A stretch of DNA of 64,000 nucleotides from Zoogloea sp. (GTDB lineage: Bacteria > Pseudomonadota > Gammaproteobacteria > Burkholderiales > Rhodocyclaceae): positions 2,908 through 66,907 of the forward strand of contig NZ_JBIJDC010000009.1 in NCBI RefSeq assembly GCF_044344315.1, read 5' to 3'. Positions 31,618 through 40,650 of the stretch are shown here, in pieces (the first letter of the stretch is position 1; each line of letters begins with the position of its first letter). The notes beneath the pieces are model-generated. The model did not search any database. It was not told the origin of the DNA and saw nothing but the letters and a program-made list of their open reading frames with translations. The position numbers were made by a program, and so were the translations under genes.

Positions 31618-31804
31618 AAAGTGACAAAGCAAGGTGGCCTGTGAGAAGCTGCCACCTGCTGTACCGAACTGCCTCCCGCGCGTCTTCGCGCCATGGGTCG
31701 GGTGGTCGGAAAACAGGTTTGCGGGCAGGTCTCTTCGCGGGACTCGCCTTCGGTCGCAAACCCATAAAACTGGTGGAGAAAATCCAATTTCAAGGAGCGC
31801 AGCA

Positions 31805-32554
31805 TTGAAGATTCTGGTTCCCGTTAAACGTGTGGTCGATTACAACGTCAAGGTCCGCGTGAAGAGCGACGGTACGGGCGTGGATATTGCCAACGTCAAG
31901 ATGTCCATGAACCCCTTTGACGAAATCGCCGTCGAAGAGGCCGTCCGCCTGAAGGAAGCTGGCGTTGCCACCGAAGTGGTGGCTGTGTCCTGCGGCGTGG
32001 GGGCATGCCAGGAAACCCTGCGTACCGCCATGGCCATTGGCGCCGACCGGGGTATCCTGGTCGAGACCGATGCCGAGCTGCAGCCCCTGGCCGTGGCCAA
32101 GCTGCTCAAGGCCCTGTGCGACAAGGAACAGCCCCAGGTGGTGATCTGTGGCAAGCAGGCTATCGACGACGATGCCAACCAGACCGGCCAGATGCTCTCG
32201 GCGCTGATGGGCTGGCCCCAGGCCACCTTCGCCTCCAAGGTGGCGGTAAGTGCCGGCAAGGCCACGGTGACCCGCGAGATCGACGGCGGCCTCGAGACCC
32301 TCGAGATTGCCCTGCCGGCGGTGGTGACCACCGACCTGCGTCTCAACGAGCCGCGCTATGCGACGCTGCCGAACATCATGAAGGCCAAGAAGAAGCCCCT
32401 CGAAACCGTCAAGCCGGCGGATCTGGGGGTGGATGTGACGCCCCGCCTGACCACCCTGAAGGTGGTTGAACCGGCCAAGCGCAGCGCCGGCGTGATGGTG
32501 GCTGACGTGGCTCAGCTGGTCGACAAACTCAAGAACGAAGCGAAGGTGCTGTGA
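31805..32554 (+). CDS. etfB: Electron transfer flavoprotein beta subunit
   Basis: [51 protein letters not shown] start with AGGAG SD. Confidence 0.98.
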   Translation: MKILVPVKRVVDYNVKVRVKSDGTGVDIANVKMSMNPFDEIAVEEAVRLKEAGVATEVVAVSCGVGACQETLRTAMAIGADRGILVETDAELQPLAVAKLLKALCDKEQPQVVICGKQAIDDDANQTGQMLSALMGWPQATFASKVAVSAGKATVTREIDGGLETLEIALPAVVTTDLRLNEPRYATLPNIMKAKKKPLETVKPADLGVDVTPRLTTLKVVEPAKRSAGVMVADVAQLVDKLKNEAKVL

Positions 32555-33495
32555 TGACGGTTCTGGTTATTGCCGAGCACGACAATGCGTGCCTGAAGGG
32601 CGCGACCCTCAACACGATTACTGCGGCAGCCCGGCTGGGTGGTGACATCGCCGTGCTGGTGGTGGGTTCCGCTGCGGGGGCCGCCGCTGAGGCCGCCTCG
32701 AAGGTTGCGGGCGTGACCAAGGTGCTGGTGGCCGATTCGGCTGCCTTCGCCGACCAGTCCGCCGAAAACGTGGCGGCGCAGATCCTCGCCGTCGTCGGTG
32801 CTTCCGCGGGTGCGATCAGCCATGTGCTGGCTCCGGCCACCACCTTCGGCAAGAACGTGCTGCCCCGTGTGGCCGCCCTGCTGGATGTGGCCCAGATCTC
32901 CGAGATCGTTGCCATTGAATCGGCCGACACCTTCGTGCGTCCGATCTACGCAGGCAATGCCCTGGCCACGGTCAAGTCCGCCGATGCCGTCAAGGTCATT
33001 ACCGTCCGCACCACGGCCTTCGAAGCCGCGGGGGAGGGTGGCAGTGCTGCGGTCGAGCAAGTGTCGGCGGTGGCCGATTCCGGCTTGTCGAAGCTGCTGG
33101 GCCGCGAGCTGACCAAGTCGGCACGTCCCGAACTGGGCGCCGCCAAGATCATCGTTTCGGGTGGTCGTGGCATGGGCAGCGGTGAGAACTATCACGCGGT
33201 CCTGGAGCCCCTGGCCGACAAGCTCGGTGCTGCTCTCGGTGCCAGTCGTGCGGCGGTGGATGCGGGCTACGTGCCCAACGACTACCAGGTTGGTCAGACC
33301 GGCAAGATCGTCGCGCCCCAGCTTTACCTGGCTGTGGGCATCTCCGGTGCCATCCAGCATCTGGCCGGCATGAAGGATTCCAAGGTGATTGTGGCGATCA
33401 ACAAGGATCCTGAAGCTCCCATCTTCCAGGTGGCTGACTACGGTCTGGTGGCCGATCTGTTCGAGGCGGTTCCCCAGCTCACGGCCGCGGTCTGA
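32554..33495 (+). CDS. etfA: Electron transfer flavoprotein alpha subunit
   Basis: [54 protein letters not shown]. Confidence 0.98.
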   Translation: MTVLVIAEHDNACLKGATLNTITAAARLGGDIAVLVVGSAAGAAAEAASKVAGVTKVLVADSAAFADQSAENVAAQILAVVGASAGAISHVLAPATTFGKNVLPRVAALLDVAQISEIVAIESADTFVRPIYAGNALATVKSADAVKVITVRTTAFEAAGEGGSAAVEQVSAVADSGLSKLLGRELTKSARPELGAAKIIVSGGRGMGSGENYHAVLEPLADKLGAALGASRAAVDAGYVPNDYQVGQTGKIVAPQLYLAVGISGAIQHLAGMKDSKVIVAINKDPEAPIFQVADYGLVADLFEAVPQLTAAV

Positions 33496-33524
33496 GCGCG
33501 TTAACGGGTCCGGGGCCTGCCTGA

Positions 33525-34190
33525 ATGAACTTTCAGCCCGACCTCTTCTCCACAGCGTGGCATGTGTTTGCCGCACTGTGTGGGGCAGGGGTCGGGCTGT
33601 GGATCCTTCGTACGGCCCCATGGCGTCGCCTGCTCGACGGGCATCAGCTGAATGCTGTTCTCGGCGCTGCCGTCATCCTGACCCTGCTGTGGAGCCTCAA
33701 TGCCGGCGTCTATCCCGGACTGAATCTCCACCTGCTGGGGGCCATGGCGACGACGCTGATCTTCGGGCCGCAACTGGCTCTCGTCGTGCTTGGCCTGGCC
33801 CTGGCCGGTGTGACCCTCAACGGCAGTGTCGAGTGGGGCGCCTACCCGATCAACTTTCTGGTGATGGGGATCATCCCGGTGGCGCTGGGCAGCCTCTATT
33901 TCACGCTCATCGAGCGCTGGCTACCGCGGCACTTTTTTGTCTATATCTTTGTCAATGCCTTCATCGGCGCTGCCGTGATCGTCCTGCTCCAGGGCCTCAT
34001 CGCATCGCTGACCCTCTTTGCTGCCGGCGCTTACCCGGCGGACAAGCTGCTGTCCGAGTATCTGCCTTTCTTTCTGCTGCTGGGCTTCGCCGAAGCATGG
34101 CTGTCGGGCATGGCCCTGACCCTGCTGGTGGTGTACTGCCCGGAGTGGGTGGCGAGCTTTGATGACAGAAGTTACCTGATGAACAAGTAA
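33525..34190 (+). CDS. CbiM-like (ECF S-component fold) membrane protein
   Basis: Six to seven hydrophobic segments; LNLHLLGAMATTLIFGPQLA resembles the CbiM H-x-x-G core; FAEAWLSG near the C-terminus. Confidence 0.7.
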   Translation: MNFQPDLFSTAWHVFAALCGAGVGLWILRTAPWRRLLDGHQLNAVLGAAVILTLLWSLNAGVYPGLNLHLLGAMATTLIFGPQLALVVLGLALAGVTLNGSVEWGAYPINFLVMGIIPVALGSLYFTLIERWLPRHFFVYIFVNAFIGAAVIVLLQGLIASLTLFAAGAYPADKLLSEYLPFFLLLGFAEAWLSGMALTLLVVYCPEWVASFDDRSYLMNK

Positions 34191-34242
34191 GCCGGCCTGC
34201 CTGGTCGTAAAACCTAAAACAACATTCCGTGGAGAAAAAACA

Positions 34243-36039
34243 ATGAGCAGCTACACCGCACCCCTTCGCGACATGCAGTTCGTGCTGCGCGAACTCGCCG
34301 ACCTCGACGCCGTAGCCGCCCTGCCGGGTTGTGAGGATGCGTCCCCCGATGTCGTCGACGCCATTCTTGAAGAAGCCAATAAATTTGCCAGTGGCGTGAT
34401 CGCGCCCCTCAACTGGACCGGTGACCAGGAAGGCGCCACCTGGGATAACGGCGAGGTGCGTACCGCCACCGGCTGGAAGGAAGCCTACAAGCAGTTCGCC
34501 GAGGCCGGCTGGACAGCACTGGCCTGCGAGCCGGAGTTCGGTGGTCAGGGCCTGCCCAAACTGGTTTCCACGGCTGTGATGGAAATGTGGAAGTCGGCCA
34601 ACATGGCCTTCTCCCTGTGTCCGATGCTGACCAATGGCGCCATCGAGTCCATCAAGCTGCGCGGTACCGACGAACAGAAGGCCCAATACCTGCACAAGAT
34701 GGTGAGCGGTGAATGGACCGGCACCATGAACCTCACCGAGCCCTCTGCCGGCTCCGACCTGGCCGCCGTGCGCACCCGCGCCGTTCCCCAGGGTGATGGC
34801 ACCTACAAGATCTTCGGTCAGAAGATCTTCATCACTTACGGCGAGCATGACATGACCGACAACATCATCCATCTGGTGCTGGCACGTCTGCCGGACGCAC
34901 CGGAAGGGGTGAAGGGCATTTCCCTGTTCGTTGTGCCCAAGTTCCTGCTCAAGGCCGACGGCAGCCCCGGCGAGCGTAACGACGTGCACTGCGTGTCCAT
35001 CGAGCACAAGCTCGGCATCCACGCCAGCCCGACAGCCGTGCTGGCCTTCGGCGACAAGGGGGGTGCCATCGGCACTCTGGTGGGCGAAGCCAACCGCGGC
35101 CTCGAGTACATGTTCATCATGATGAACGAAGCCCGCTTCGCCGTCGGCATGGAAGGCCTGGCCCTGTCCGAGCGTGCCTACCAGCAGGCCCTGGCCTACG
35201 CCAAGGACCGCATCCAGGGTACCGAGGCCGGCGTGCGCGGCGGCCCGAAGGTGAGCATCATCCATCACCCCGACGTGCGTCGCATGCTGATGAGCATGAA
35301 GTCGCAGATCGAGGCCCAGCGCGCCCTGGCCTACGTGGTTGGCGCTGCGACCGACATGGCCCACTATCACCCGGACGAGGCCGTGCGTGCCCAGAACCAG
35401 GCCTTCATGGATCTGATGATCCCGGTGGTCAAGGGCTGGCTCACCGAAGCCTCCATCGAGATCACTTCCACCGGCGTGCAGGTGCATGGCGGCATGGGCT
35501 TCATCGAGGAAACCGGTGCGGCACAGCATTTCCGCGACGCACGGATCACGTCGATCTACGAAGGCACCACGGCCATCCAGGCCAATGACCTGATCGGTCG
35601 CAAGATCGCCCGGGAAGGTGGCCAGACCGTCAAGCTGGCCATCGCCGAGATGCGCCGGGTCGAGGCCCAGTTGTCGGAGGCGGCCGGCGAAGAGTTCGCC
35701 GCGATCCGCAAGTCCCTTTCCGCCGCCGTGACGGCACTGGAAGAGGCGGTTGCCTACATCGTCGCCACCTACGGTGCCGACATCAAGTCGGCGTCGGTGG
35801 GTTCCGTCCCCTTCCTCAAGCTGCTGGGCATTGTTGCCGGCGGCTGGCAGATGGGACGTGCCGCGCTGGTGTCGGCCCGCCGTCTGGCCGAGGGCGGTGG
35901 CGATGCATCCTTCTACAAGGCCAAGATCACCACGGCGCGCTTCTATGCCGACCATGTGCTGGCTCAGGCGCCGGGCCTGGCCTACTCGGTGGTCAGCGGT
36001 GCCGCGGGCGCCCTGGCGCTGACGGAAGACCAGTTCTGA
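34243..36039 (+). CDS. Acyl-CoA dehydrogenase (long FadE/DmdC-like type)
   Basis: EFGGQGLP, GTMNLTEPSAGSDL, GQKIFITYG, IEHKLGIHASPT, QVHGGMGFIEE, IYEGTTAIQA. Confidence 0.96.
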   Translation: MSSYTAPLRDMQFVLRELADLDAVAALPGCEDASPDVVDAILEEANKFASGVIAPLNWTGDQEGATWDNGEVRTATGWKEAYKQFAEAGWTALACEPEFGGQGLPKLVSTAVMEMWKSANMAFSLCPMLTNGAIESIKLRGTDEQKAQYLHKMVSGEWTGTMNLTEPSAGSDLAAVRTRAVPQGDGTYKIFGQKIFITYGEHDMTDNIIHLVLARLPDAPEGVKGISLFVVPKFLLKADGSPGERNDVHCVSIEHKLGIHASPTAVLAFGDKGGAIGTLVGEANRGLEYMFIMMNEARFAVGMEGLALSERAYQQALAYAKDRIQGTEAGVRGGPKVSIIHHPDVRRMLMSMKSQIEAQRALAYVVGAATDMAHYHPDEAVRAQNQAFMDLMIPVVKGWLTEASIEITSTGVQVHGGMGFIEETGAAQHFRDARITSIYEGTTAIQANDLIGRKIAREGGQTVKLAIAEMRRVEAQLSEAAGEEFAAIRKSLSAAVTALEEAVAYIVATYGADIKSASVGSVPFLKLLGIVAGGWQMGRAALVSARRLAEGGGDASFYKAKITTARFYADHVLAQAPGLAYSVVSGAAGALALTEDQF

Positions 36040-36116
36040 TCGATGGCTCGCAGCGATAGGTAAGGGCAGGGGCCATCCGGCCCCTGTTCCGCAGCTCACC
36101 GCAAGGTGGGGCGCGG

Positions 36117-36160
36117 AGAATGACAAAGGCCGACGGCGAACCGTCGGCCTTTGTCATTCT
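36117..36160. terminator. Bidirectional terminator between the convergent ACAD and PPIase genes
   Basis: Perfect 20-bp inverted repeat agaatgacaaaggccgacgg / ccgtcggcctttgtcattct with a 4-nt loop. Confidence 0.85.
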
Positions 36161-36172
36161 GCCCAGGCCGTC

Positions 36173-36952
36173 TTACTTGACGGTGGCCTTGGTGCGCAGC
36201 TCGGCGATGTGACGCTCGACGCGCATCTGCTCCAGGCGCTGCTTCAGCTGGCCCTTGGCTTCGTCGAAGGACGGCGCCTTGACCGGACGGCTGTCTTCGA
36301 GCTTGATCACGTGGTAGCCGAAGTCGGACTTGACCGGGGTGGTGGTGTACTTGCCCTTCTCGAGCTTGGTCAGGCCGTCGGCAAACGGCTTGACGAAGCC
36401 GGCCGGGTTGGCCCAGCCCAGGTCGCCGCCCTTGTCCTTGGAGCCCGGGTCCTTGGACTGCTTGGCCAGCTCGTCGAACTTCTCGCCCTTGTCGAGCTTG
36501 GCGATGATGGCCTTGGCCTCTTCTTCCTTCTCGACGAGGATGTGGCGAGCCTTGTATTCCTTGTCACCCAGCTGGGACTTGATCTTCTCGTACTCGGCCT
36601 TGATTTCGGCGTCGGTGACCGGGTGGGCTTTTACGTAGTCCTGCAGGTAGGCGCGAATCAGCACCGCCTGGCGGGCGAGCTCGACCTGGGCCTGCACGTT
36701 GCCGGCCTTCTCGAGGCCCTTCTTGCGGGCTTCCTGGGCGAGTACTTCGCGGCGGACCAGCTCTTCCTTGACCGCGTTGCGCAGTTGTTCGGAGTCCGGC
36801 GCGCCCTGGGCCTTCTGCTCGCTGATCATCACGTCGGCGCGGGCTTGGGGAATCGCGGTGCCGTTCACGGTGACGACGGTCTGAGCGAAGGCGGGGATCG
36901 CGACGAAGGCCGCGATGAGGGACAGAGCCAGACGGCTCGGGACGATCTTCAT
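36173..36952 (-). CDS. Periplasmic PpiC-type peptidyl-prolyl isomerase
   Basis: Signal peptide (AFA-Q), YKARHILV, SKDPGSKDKGGDLGW, KSDFGYHVIKL. Confidence 0.93.
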   Translation of the reverse strand: MKIVPSRLALSLIAAFVAIPAFAQTVVTVNGTAIPQARADVMISEQKAQGAPDSEQLRNAVKEELVRREVLAQEARKKGLEKAGNVQAQVELARQAVLIRAYLQDYVKAHPVTDAEIKAEYEKIKSQLGDKEYKARHILVEKEEEAKAIIAKLDKGEKFDELAKQSKDPGSKDKGGDLGWANPAGFVKPFADGLTKLEKGKYTTTPVKSDFGYHVIKLEDSRPVKAPSFDEAKGQLKQRLEQMRVERHIAELRTKATVK

Positions 36953-36986
36953 CAGGTTTCCTTGCTTGGGTGTTGCGGTTTGAAAG

Positions 36987-37250
36987 TCAGTTTTCTTCGG
37001 GACTGCGTGCCTGGATGGCCAGGGCGTGGATTTCCTTGCGCATCAGTTCGCCCAGGGCATCGTAGATGATCCGGTGGCGGGCGACGGTGTTCTTGCCCTG
37101 GAACGCAGTGGACACGATGGCGAGGCGATAGTGCCCGCCACCGGAACGCGCGCCAGCGTGACCCGCGTGCAGATGACTGTCGTCGATCAGTTCGAGGCTG
37201 ACGGGCTGAAGGCTCGCCAGGCGGGCGCGGATCTCATCCATCACGTTCAT
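36987..37250 (-). CDS. bolA: BolA family protein
   Basis: [43 protein letters not shown]. Confidence 0.93.
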   Translation of the reverse strand: MNVMDEIRARLASLQPVSLELIDDSHLHAGHAGARSGGGHYRLAIVSTAFQGKNTVARHRIIYDALGELMRKEIHALAIQARSPEEN

Positions 37251-37549
37251 TGGGGAAAGACCTTCTTGAAGGGCTTGACCGTGCAGCGGGCAAACACGCC
37301 GGTGGTGCTGTAGGGGTCGGCATCGGCCCAGGCCTGGGCATCGGCGAGGGAGGCAAATTCGGCAACGATGACGCTGCCGGTGAAGCCGGCAGCACCGGGG
37401 TCGGGGGAGTCTACCGCCGGGCAGGGGCCGGCCAGGATCAGGCGGCCGTCGGCCTGCAGGGCCTGCAGACGGGCCAGGTGCTCGGCACGCACGGCCATCC
37501 GCTTGTCGTGGGAGTTGGGGGCGTCTTCACCGATCAGGGCATACAGCAT
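37247..37549 (-). CDS. yciI: YciI family protein
   Basis: [38 protein letters not shown]. Confidence 0.93.
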   Translation of the reverse strand: MLYALIGEDAPNSHDKRMAVRAEHLARLQALQADGRLILAGPCPAVDSPDPGAAGFTGSVIVAEFASLADAQAWADADPYSTTGVFARCTVKPFKKVFPQ

Positions 37550-38085
37550 TACTTGGGTTCCTCTTCAAGGTAACGGGACAGCAGCATTCCCTGGGCCAGG
37601 ACGAACACGAGCATCAGCCCCATGCCGCCGAACAGCTTGAAATTGACCCAGGTGTCTTCGGAGTAGGTGTAGGCAACAAACAGGTTGAGGACACCCATGC
37701 CGGCAAAAAAGGCCGCCCAGGCAAGGTTGAGGCGCCCCCACAGGGCGTCGGGCAGCTTCAACTGTGCTTCCATCAGGGTGCGGATCAGGTTCTTGCGCAG
37801 TACCAGTGCCGAGAACAGCAGGGCGCCTGCAAAGAACCAGTAAAGCACAGTGGGCTTCCACTTGATGAAGGTGGGGTTGTGGAAGAGGAGGGTGGCACCG
37901 CCGAACACGGTGACAATGCCGAAACTCACCCACAGCATGGTATCCACCTTGCGATGGCGGAACCACACCCACGCGATCTGCCCGATGGTGGCGACGATGG
38001 CCACTGCCGTGGCGGCGAAGATCCCCGAGAACTTGTAGGCAACAAAAAACAGGATGATGGGAAACAGGTCAAAAAGGAATTTCAT
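37549..38085 (-). CDS. yciB: Intracellular septation protein A / YciB
   Basis: [33 protein letters not shown]. Start at ATG 38085. Confidence 0.95.
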   Translation of the reverse strand: MKFLFDLFPIILFFVAYKFSGIFAATAVAIVATIGQIAWVWFRHRKVDTMLWVSFGIVTVFGGATLLFHNPTFIKWKPTVLYWFFAGALLFSALVLRKNLIRTLMEAQLKLPDALWGRLNLAWAAFFAGMGVLNLFVAYTYSEDTWVNFKLFGGMGLMLVFVLAQGMLLSRYLEEEPK

Positions 38086-38143
38086 CGGTCGGAGAGCGGA
38101 AGGCGAGGAACGAGACGGGGAAGGTTGTCCGGAGGAGGGCGGG

Positions 38144-38542
38144 TCAGGCCGGTTCGGCGCGATTGCGCATGTGGTCTGCCAGACCCTCGATAGCGCCCCA
38201 CAAGCGTTCGCGCAGGGGGCTGGCGGGGATGCACTCGTCAAAAGCCTGCTGCATGCACATAAGCCACTGGTCCCGCTCGGCGCTGGCGATGGCAAAGGGC
38301 AGATGGCGCGCGCGCAGCCGGGGGTGGCCGAACTCCTGCTCGTACAGCGGCGGGCCGCCCAGCCAGCCGCTTAAATATTTGAAGAGCTTCTCCTCGGAGC
38401 CGGATAGATCTTCCGGGTGCATCTGGCGTACGTCCCAGGCCTCCGGGAGGGTGTCCATCAGGGTGTAGAAGCGATGCACGAGGCGGCGGATGCCTTCGGC
38501 GCCACCCAGGTCGGAGTAGGGCGTAGCTTGCTCAGGCACCAT
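38144..38542 (-). CDS. Group II truncated haemoglobin
   Basis: [15 protein letters not shown] (B10 Tyr), [19 protein letters not shown] (proximal His), ERDQWL (G8 Trp). Start is 38542 or 38569. Confidence 0.92.
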   Translation of the reverse strand: MVPEQATPYSDLGGAEGIRRLVHRFYTLMDTLPEAWDVRQMHPEDLSGSEEKLFKYLSGWLGGPPLYEQEFGHPRLRARHLPFAIASAERDQWLMCMQQAFDECIPASPLRERLWGAIEGLADHMRNRAEPA

Positions 38543-39242
38543 GGATGTCGTGTTCTCCAACGTGGCCACAGCGAAGATTGGCGGACAGGGCCTCGTCGAT
38601 CATGTGCGGGCGGGGCAGGTCGAGCTTAGCCATCAGTTCGATGAATTCATCCCTGCTCCGGCCGGACAGGCGCGGGTTGCTGGTTTTTTCCTGACCGATG
38701 CACGAGACGCGGGCGCCGCGGTAGTCATGGCCCGGATAGACCAGGGTTTCGTCGGGCAGCACGAAGAGGCGTTCAGTGATGCTGTCGTAGAGGGTCCCTG
38801 CATCGCCACCCTGGAAGTCGGTCCGACCGCAGCCGCCGATCATCAGGGCGTCGCCGGTGAACAGCCGGTCGCGCCAGTGGTAGGTGACGCAGCTGGGGGT
38901 GTGACCGGGCGTCGGGATCACGCGGATGAGTTCGTTGCCGAAGATGATGGTGTCGCCGTCGGACAACAGGCGGTCGGCGCAACCCACACCACCACCGGCA
39001 CCTATGGCACTGCGTGCGCCGGTCAGTTCGCACAGCCCGGCGGCTCCCGTGATGTGATCGGCATGGATGTGGGTCTCCAGAATCCAGGCCAGCTGGAGCT
39101 CCTGCTCCTGCAGAAAGGTGATGTAGGCGCCCACGTGCTCCTTGACCGAGTCGATGATGACCGCGTCGCCCGTCAGGGGATCTGCAAGCAGATGGCTGAG
39201 GGTGCTGCTGGTGGGATCGAAGAATTGATGGAACAGGATCAT
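38532..39242 (-). CDS. ETHE1-like persulfide dioxygenase (MBL fold)
   Basis: QFFDPTSSTLSHLLAD, ETHIHADHITGA, TPGHT, LFTGDAL, GCGRTDF, PGHDY, ANLRCG. Confidence 0.88.
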   Translation of the reverse strand: MILFHQFFDPTSSTLSHLLADPLTGDAVIIDSVKEHVGAYITFLQEQELQLAWILETHIHADHITGAAGLCELTGARSAIGAGGGVGCADRLLSDGDTIIFGNELIRVIPTPGHTPSCVTYHWRDRLFTGDALMIGGCGRTDFQGGDAGTLYDSITERLFVLPDETLVYPGHDYRGARVSCIGQEKTSNPRLSGRSRDEFIELMAKLDLPRPHMIDEALSANLRCGHVGEHDIHGA

Positions 39243-39281
39243 GGGAACACTAGGAGGAGGGAGACGGACCTGATTCTAGCT

Positions 39282-40640
39282 TCAACTCAGGCTTTTGGTA
39301 TGACCGCGCAGCAGGATGCTGGCACGCAGGCCGCCGCCTTCGCGGGGGAGCAGGCGAAACTCACCATGCTGGCCGCGGACGATGCGGTCAACGATGGCCA
39401 GCCCCAGCCCGGAGCCCTTGGTGTTGCTGCGGGCAGATTCCAGACGGGTGAAGGGGCGTTTGACTTTCTCGGTCTGGGCGGCGGGAATCCCGGGGCCACG
39501 GTCGAGCACCTCGATCATCGGGCGGCCGTCGAGCATGCCGACGGCGAGCTCCGGCGGGTGGCCGGCGTAATGGAGGGCGTTTTCGATCAGGTTGGTGACG
39601 GCCCGGCGCAGGGCCTGGGGGCGTACTTGCGCCCGGGCTGCTGTTGTGGCCAGCACGGAGATGGGAAATCCCCGGCGGGCGTAGAGCCCGGCCAGTTCAT
39701 TGGCCAGTTCGGCCAGATCCATGGTTTCCAGGCCTTCATCCCCGTCGGCCTTTGAGAAGGCCAGGAACTGCCCGATGATACGGTCCATGTCTTCGATGTC
39801 GGAGACCATCGCGTCCACCTCGGCCGGATCTGCGCCGCACATTTCAATACCCAGGCGCAGGCGTGCAAGGGGTGTGCGCAGGTCATGGGAGACGCCGGCC
39901 AGGATCAGGGCCCGGTCGGCGTCGAGCTCCTGGAGGTCGTGGGACATCTGATTGAAGGCGTGGGCCAGGTCGGCCATTTCTGCCGGCCCGCTCTCGCTGA
40001 GGTGGGGTGGGACTTCGCCACGGCCCACCGTGCGCGCGGCGGCGGCCAGGGCCTTGAGGGGGCGATTGAGGCGCGAGACGATCATGTAGGCGCCCAGCAT
40101 GGCCAGGCTGAGCGCGGCCGTACCCCACCACATCCACTCCAGAGCATGGGGGCGCATGATCCGCTCGGCCGGCAGCATGAGCCAGAATTCGCCCGTGTCT
40201 TCCGGATCGTCGGCCTGAATGCGGAAACTGACCCAGAAGCCGGCCAGCCCTTCCCACGACGACGCAAAGCGGGTGTCCGGCCCGAGCTGGTGGCGGACGT
40301 CGGCGGTGAGCTTGCGCACCAGGTTGCTGTCTTCCAGGGGTGTCGTCCTGTCGTCGGCTTCGGCCGGATAGATGCGGATGCCTTCCTGGGTCGCCAGGTC
40401 AAGGAGGAGGTCCTTGCGTAGCGAGGGGTCGGCATTGAGCAGGGCCGTGCGCGTCAGGTTGATGATGCTGACGACCGCCTGGGCTGTTTGTGCGGCCCGG
40501 CTGGCCTGGTCGAAATGGCTGAAGATCGCCGACCAGACGGCCACCGAGGCGAGCATCAGCAGGGTGACGACCAGGAAGATCCGCCACAGCAGGGTGCGCG
40601 GAGCCCCTACTAGGAAAGAACGATAGCGGGCAGGCGCCAT
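39282..40640 (-). CDS. EnvZ-like sensor histidine kinase
   Basis: Two TM helices, HAMP, GVSHDLRTPLARLRL, NLIENALHY, DRGPGI, GSGLGLAIV. Confidence 0.93.
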   Translation of the reverse strand: MAPARYRSFLVGAPRTLLWRIFLVVTLLMLASVAVWSAIFSHFDQASRAAQTAQAVVSIINLTRTALLNADPSLRKDLLLDLATQEGIRIYPAEADDRTTPLEDSNLVRKLTADVRHQLGPDTRFASSWEGLAGFWVSFRIQADDPEDTGEFWLMLPAERIMRPHALEWMWWGTAALSLAMLGAYMIVSRLNRPLKALAAAARTVGRGEVPPHLSESGPAEMADLAHAFNQMSHDLQELDADRALILAGVSHDLRTPLARLRLGIEMCGADPAEVDAMVSDIEDMDRIIGQFLAFSKADGDEGLETMDLAELANELAGLYARRGFPISVLATTAARAQVRPQALRRAVTNLIENALHYAGHPPELAVGMLDGRPMIEVLDRGPGIPAAQTEKVKRPFTRLESARSNTKGSGLGLAIVDRIVRGQHGEFRLLPREGGGLRASILLRGHTKSLS

Positions 40641-40650
40641 GGGGGCGGGG

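Noticed and set aside
31724-31745. Minus-strand GAGTCCCGCGAAGAGACCTGCC, resembling the 3' B12-box of cobalamin riboswitches, near the CbiM-like gene
   Set aside because: It is on the wrong strand for that operon, and the other conserved elements (GGGAA, GCCACTG) are absent.
31620-31804. FMN riboswitch hypothesis for the etfB leader
   Set aside because: None of the RFN core motifs (AGGGCAGGGTGAAA, AGTCTGGATG) is present.
36173-38085. yciB-yciI-bolA-PPIase cluster
   Set aside because: A well-known conserved betaproteobacterial gene order with intact motifs.
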